Source: Syntrophotaleaceae bacterium
GTDB lineage: Bacteria > Desulfobacterota > Desulfuromonadia > Desulfuromonadales > Syntrophotaleaceae
Direction of reading: 5' to 3'
Assembly: GCA_041390365.1 (NCBI GenBank)
Contig: JAWKQB010000005.1
Location: 32,457-96,456, forward strand
DNA: 64,000 nucleotides
In this document: in pieces, positions 61,374-64,000 of the stretch
How positions within the stretch are numbered: the stretch's first letter is position 1
Layout of the letters: each line of letters begins with the position of its first letter
Notes under the pieces: model-generated
What the model was told of the DNA's origin: nothing
The model's database searches: none
The model's input: the letters and a program-made list of their open reading frames with translations, nothing else
Translations under genes and position numbers: made by a program

Positions 61374-62003
61374 TCACTTGGAATACAGCTCCACCACCAG
61401 ATGTTCTTCAAAGGCGGGGCTGGTCATTTCCTGCCGCTGCGGCAGAGCCTTGACCTCGCCGCGGAAATTGGTTCGATCGAGCTCCACCCAGGAAGCCAGC
61501 CCGCGGCGCGGCGCGGCTTCCAGGTTTTCGTTGATTCTGGGAATCTTACGGCTTCTCTCCCTGAGCTCGATGACGTCTCCGGGCCGTACCAGGCTGGAGG
61601 GGATCGACTCCTTGCGGCCATTGACCAGAAAATGACCGTGATTGACCAGCTGGCGGGCTTCGGCGCGGGTCGTGGCAAAACCAAGTCGATAAACGATACT
61701 ATCAAGGCGCCGCTCGAGCAAGACCAGCAGATTTTCACCGGTCACACCCTTCATTCGTTCGGCCTTGCGGAAGAGATTCCGAAACTGCTTTTCCCGAAGT
61801 CCGTAGGTTTGCCTCATCTGCTGCTTTTCCCGAAGCTGCTTGCCATACTCGGACACCTTGCCCCGGCGCGCTCCGTGCTGCCCTGGCGGATAATCCCGGC
61901 GGCGAATGCCGCATTTATCGGAAAGGGACCTGTCACCCTTGAGATAGAGGCACTGGCCGGCTCTTCGGCACAATCGACAGGTCGGTCCCGTATATCGTCC
62001 CAT
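61374..62003 (-). CDS. rpsD: 30S ribosomal protein S4
   Basis: [21 protein letters not shown]......C...R.YPPGQHG...K.SEYG.QLREKQ, S4 RNA-binding domain, 209 aa, AAGGAG SD. Confidence 0.95.
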   Translation of the reverse strand: MGRYTGPTCRLCRRAGQCLYLKGDRSLSDKCGIRRRDYPPGQHGARRGKVSEYGKQLREKQQMRQTYGLREKQFRNLFRKAERMKGVTGENLLVLLERRLDSIVYRLGFATTRAEARQLVNHGHFLVNGRKESIPSSLVRPGDVIELRERSRKIPRINENLEAAPRRGLASWVELDRTNFRGEVKALPQRQEMTSPAFEEHLVVELYSK

Positions 62004-62070
62004 GGATGTTCTCCTTTCTATAGGTGACCATATTACTCCTGTTTCAGGTCAAAAGAAAAGGAAAGTCGAC

Positions 62071-62110
62071 AGCACACGGACGAACACGGACTGTCACGGA
62101 CCTGCATGGA
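62071..62110. repeat. four direct repeats of CAYGGAC with exact 10-bp phasing, 70-110 nt upstream of the rpsD start
   Basis: agcacacgga cgaacacgga ctgtcacgga cctgcatgga (c). Confidence 0.85.
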
Positions 62111-62126
62111 CAGAAGTTTTTCCCTG

Positions 62127-62912
62127 TCAGTCCGTGTGCCTTTGCCCGTGGAGATGCCCGGCCACTTCCCGGAAATAATCATCCAGATCGCCGTCCACAA
62201 AATAGCGGTGGGGCGCCGGGGGCAGCATGACCGGGCCTTTGTTGACGATGATGGTGGTGGCGCGCGTACCCTGGGGAAGGTAGGCGGCGGGGGCGACCTG
62301 GAGGGAGGATCCGAGAACGAGCAGAAGATCGCAATGATAGACCAGACGCTCAGCCTCACCCAACCATTCGAGGGTTTCCCCGAAAAACACGATTTCCGGC
62401 TTGATCACCCCAAGACAGGAAGGGCAGAAGGGAACCGGAGGCATGGGACTGCTGCTCATGACCTTTTCCCACCAGTCGTAGGTGAGATCGGCGAAGCGCT
62501 TGCTGCAGGAGGTGCAGTCGGCGGCCCGGGGCGAGCCGTGCAGTTCGACCACCGCCCGGCTGCCGGCCAGCTGGTGCAGCATGTCGATGTTTTGGGTGAT
62601 CACCGCCTCCAGCAGGCCTTTCTGCTCCAGGTCTGCGAGAAAGCGGTGGGTGAAGGTCGGTTCGATATTTTTCACCATGCCGACAAAATCCCGGCAGAAT
62701 TCGTAGAAATACCGGGGGTCCTGCCGGAACCAGTCGATCTCGAAAACCTTTTCAGGATCATAGAGACGGGTGACATAAAGTCCCTGCGGACCGCGAAAGT
62801 CAGGAATTCCGGCTGCAGTCGAAAGCCCCGCCCCGGTCAGAACGACCACGGACCTGGCCTTTTGAATCATTGCGGCGCAGCGAGCCGGTTCAATGGATTG
62901 GAATGATGACAT
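62127..62912 (-). CDS. cobB: NAD-dependent protein deacylase (Sir2 family)
   Basis: Trimmed to the ATG at 62912 (MSSFQSIEPARCAAMIQKARSVVVLTGAGLSTAAGIPDFRG). QNIDMLH, CTSC...CPSC zinc site, VVLGSSLQV. The track extension overlaps the next gene. Confidence 0.85.
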   Translation of the reverse strand: MSSFQSIEPARCAAMIQKARSVVVLTGAGLSTAAGIPDFRGPQGLYVTRLYDPEKVFEIDWFRQDPRYFYEFCRDFVGMVKNIEPTFTHRFLADLEQKGLLEAVITQNIDMLHQLAGSRAVVELHGSPRAADCTSCSKRFADLTYDWWEKVMSSSPMPPVPFCPSCLGVIKPEIVFFGETLEWLGEAERLVYHCDLLLVLGSSLQVAPAAYLPQGTRATTIIVNKGPVMLPPAPHRYFVDGDLDDYFREVAGHLHGQRHTD

Positions 62913-62938
62913 CGGCCGTATCTCAGGGTCGAAAGAGT

Positions 62939-63844
62939 TTAAGCGCCTTGTTTGACTCCCGAAGAAGCCTTCAACTCCCGCCAGCGCTCGGCGGTATAGG
63001 TCTGGTAGTTGATTTCCCCCCGGCATTTGCGGCAAACCACATTCCTTCTGCGACGCTCGGCCGTGAGGGTCCAGCAGCCGTTGCGACACTGAACAATGTA
63101 ACGCGGCGGGCAGAAACGCCGGTCGTGGCAGCGCTCGCCTGAACCGCCTATCTCAAGGGCCTTGGCCTGCCAGACGGCATCGTGATTGTGTCGGTGCCCG
63201 ACCAGGGCGTGGGCGATTTCATGCAGCAGCGTATCGAGAATTTCCTCATCCGATGCCTGTCGGGCGAACTGCAGAGACAGGGTTATCCGCTTTTGCCGAT
63301 ACTGGCAGCTGCCTGCACGCCGGACGGCATGGTCGAAATCGAAACGCCAGGCGGCAAGACCATGCTCGGCCAGCAATTTTTCGGCGAGGCGGCCAACGCG
63401 CTGCAGGCCTTCCGGCGAGCGAACGGTGGATGCTGTGAGTTCGCCTTCTATCAAGGCCAAAAGGCCGTAGGGAACGGCGTACTCGTCGTCATTGTCGCAG
63501 ATAACGTGAGCCCTTTTGGCATTCAGGCGGACGATGCATCCTTCAAGCAACTGGCGCCGGCAGGAGAACCGGACCCTTTCCCCGACATGGAGATTGCCGG
63601 GCGAGAGAACCTGCCGCGGCAGGCTTTTCGGCGGGGAGGACTCTTTTTCGCCAATGGCGGGCACTGCAGGGGCATGCAGCGGCAGCAGGCAATCCTTCAG
63701 TATTCGGTAGCTTTGCCGGTCGGTGCCGAGGATCAGGGCGTGCACCGATTCGAGACGGGCTACCGTTCCTGTCAGTTCACGACCCTGGTACTCAAACCGG
63801 ACCTGAGCGCCGACCAGGGTGGAAGATCGTCTCTGGCAGGGCAT
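62939..63844 (-). CDS. SprT-like zinc metalloprotease-domain protein
   Basis: ITLSLQFA...LDTLLHEIAHALVG..H.HD..W (HExxH). C-terminal Cys-rich zinc ribbon (CRNGC...CRKCRGE). The N-terminus has two similar approx. 50-aa modules. Confidence 0.7.
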   Translation of the reverse strand: MPCQRRSSTLVGAQVRFEYQGRELTGTVARLESVHALILGTDRQSYRILKDCLLPLHAPAVPAIGEKESSPPKSLPRQVLSPGNLHVGERVRFSCRRQLLEGCIVRLNAKRAHVICDNDDEYAVPYGLLALIEGELTASTVRSPEGLQRVGRLAEKLLAEHGLAAWRFDFDHAVRRAGSCQYRQKRITLSLQFARQASDEEILDTLLHEIAHALVGHRHNHDAVWQAKALEIGGSGERCHDRRFCPPRYIVQCRNGCWTLTAERRRRNVVCRKCRGEINYQTYTAERWRELKASSGVKQGA

Positions 63845-63899
63845 GGCAACTCCTGGTTGGGGTCATCGACCCATGACACATTAGGTGTGATGGCCTGAT

Positions 63900-64000
63900 T
63901 TAGGCATCGAATCCAAGCTCCCCCACCACGACCAGCTGGCGCACCAGAGCGTATCTCCGCACCTTGATCCGAACCAAGGCACAGTTGGACGATTCTACAA
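63900..64000 (-). CDS. 3' end (last approx. 32 codons) of an unidentified gene running off the window
   Basis: Own translation ...ESSNCALVRIKVRRYALVRQLVVVGELGFDA* with a TAA stop at 63902-63900. No family recognised. Confidence 0.2.
   Translation of the reverse strand, partial: VESSNCALVRIKVRRYALVRQLVVVGELGFDA

Noticed and set aside
62004-62070. Sigma-70 promoter call for rpsD (TTGACC at about 62045 on the minus strand)
   Set aside because: No -10 element lies at an acceptable 16-18 nt spacing. I could not support a promoter from sequence alone.

Overview
G+C-rich chromosomal window. The gene content (PEP-CTERM/exosortase EPS genes, VKOR-type disulfide system, cytochrome bd, UvsE) looks deltaproteobacterial, Geobacter/Desulfuromonas-like; this is inference only. 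I support about 45 CDSs, almost all on the minus strand. I saw no rRNA, tRNA, CRISPR, transposase or integrase. Layout: (i) 1-29.3 kb is an exosortase/PEP-CTERM-type exopolysaccharide locus. It holds a beta-barrel, a Wza-like exporter, the PrsT TPR lipoprotein, a WecA-like initiating transferase, an exosortase-EpsI fusion, wecB, two heparinase II/III-like proteins, a WecG/TagA transferase, a bi-domain oxidoreductase, a CapK-like ligase, three GT4 transferases, Wzx, Wzy, a LamG-GHL10 protein, glmS and a UDP-HexNAc dehydrogenase. An AT-rich block of serotype-cassette type sits at 19.4-25.2 kb. (ii) 29.4-51.9 kb is a long co-directional gene string. It starts with a structured leader ending in a strong intrinsic terminator, followed by two FKBP-type foldases (one fused to thioredoxin), TpsB, and a 3362-aa TpsA filamentous-haemagglutinin-like protein. 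A Ton-like motor comes next (DUF2341-LamG-ExbB fusion, ExbD, TonB), then a non-TBDT beta-barrel, a coiled-coil protein, a parvulin PPIase, a VKOR-DsbA fusion and a small zinc-ribbon ORF. I flag this string as the best candidate for an undescribed envelope system. (iii) 52-64 kb is housekeeping: mltB-like, hydrolase, ferredoxin, CinA-like, cydAB, DksA-like, uvsE, a stand-alone rpsD, a Sir2 deacylase and a SprT-like protease. The most striking non-genic signal is that 16 gene junctions between 2 and 53 kb carry short tandem arrays with a 7-nt period. The arrays fall into several unit families, sometimes occur as inverted pairs, and sometimes overlap stop or start codons. Most long plus-strand ORFs in the track are antisense artefacts of the high G+C content.
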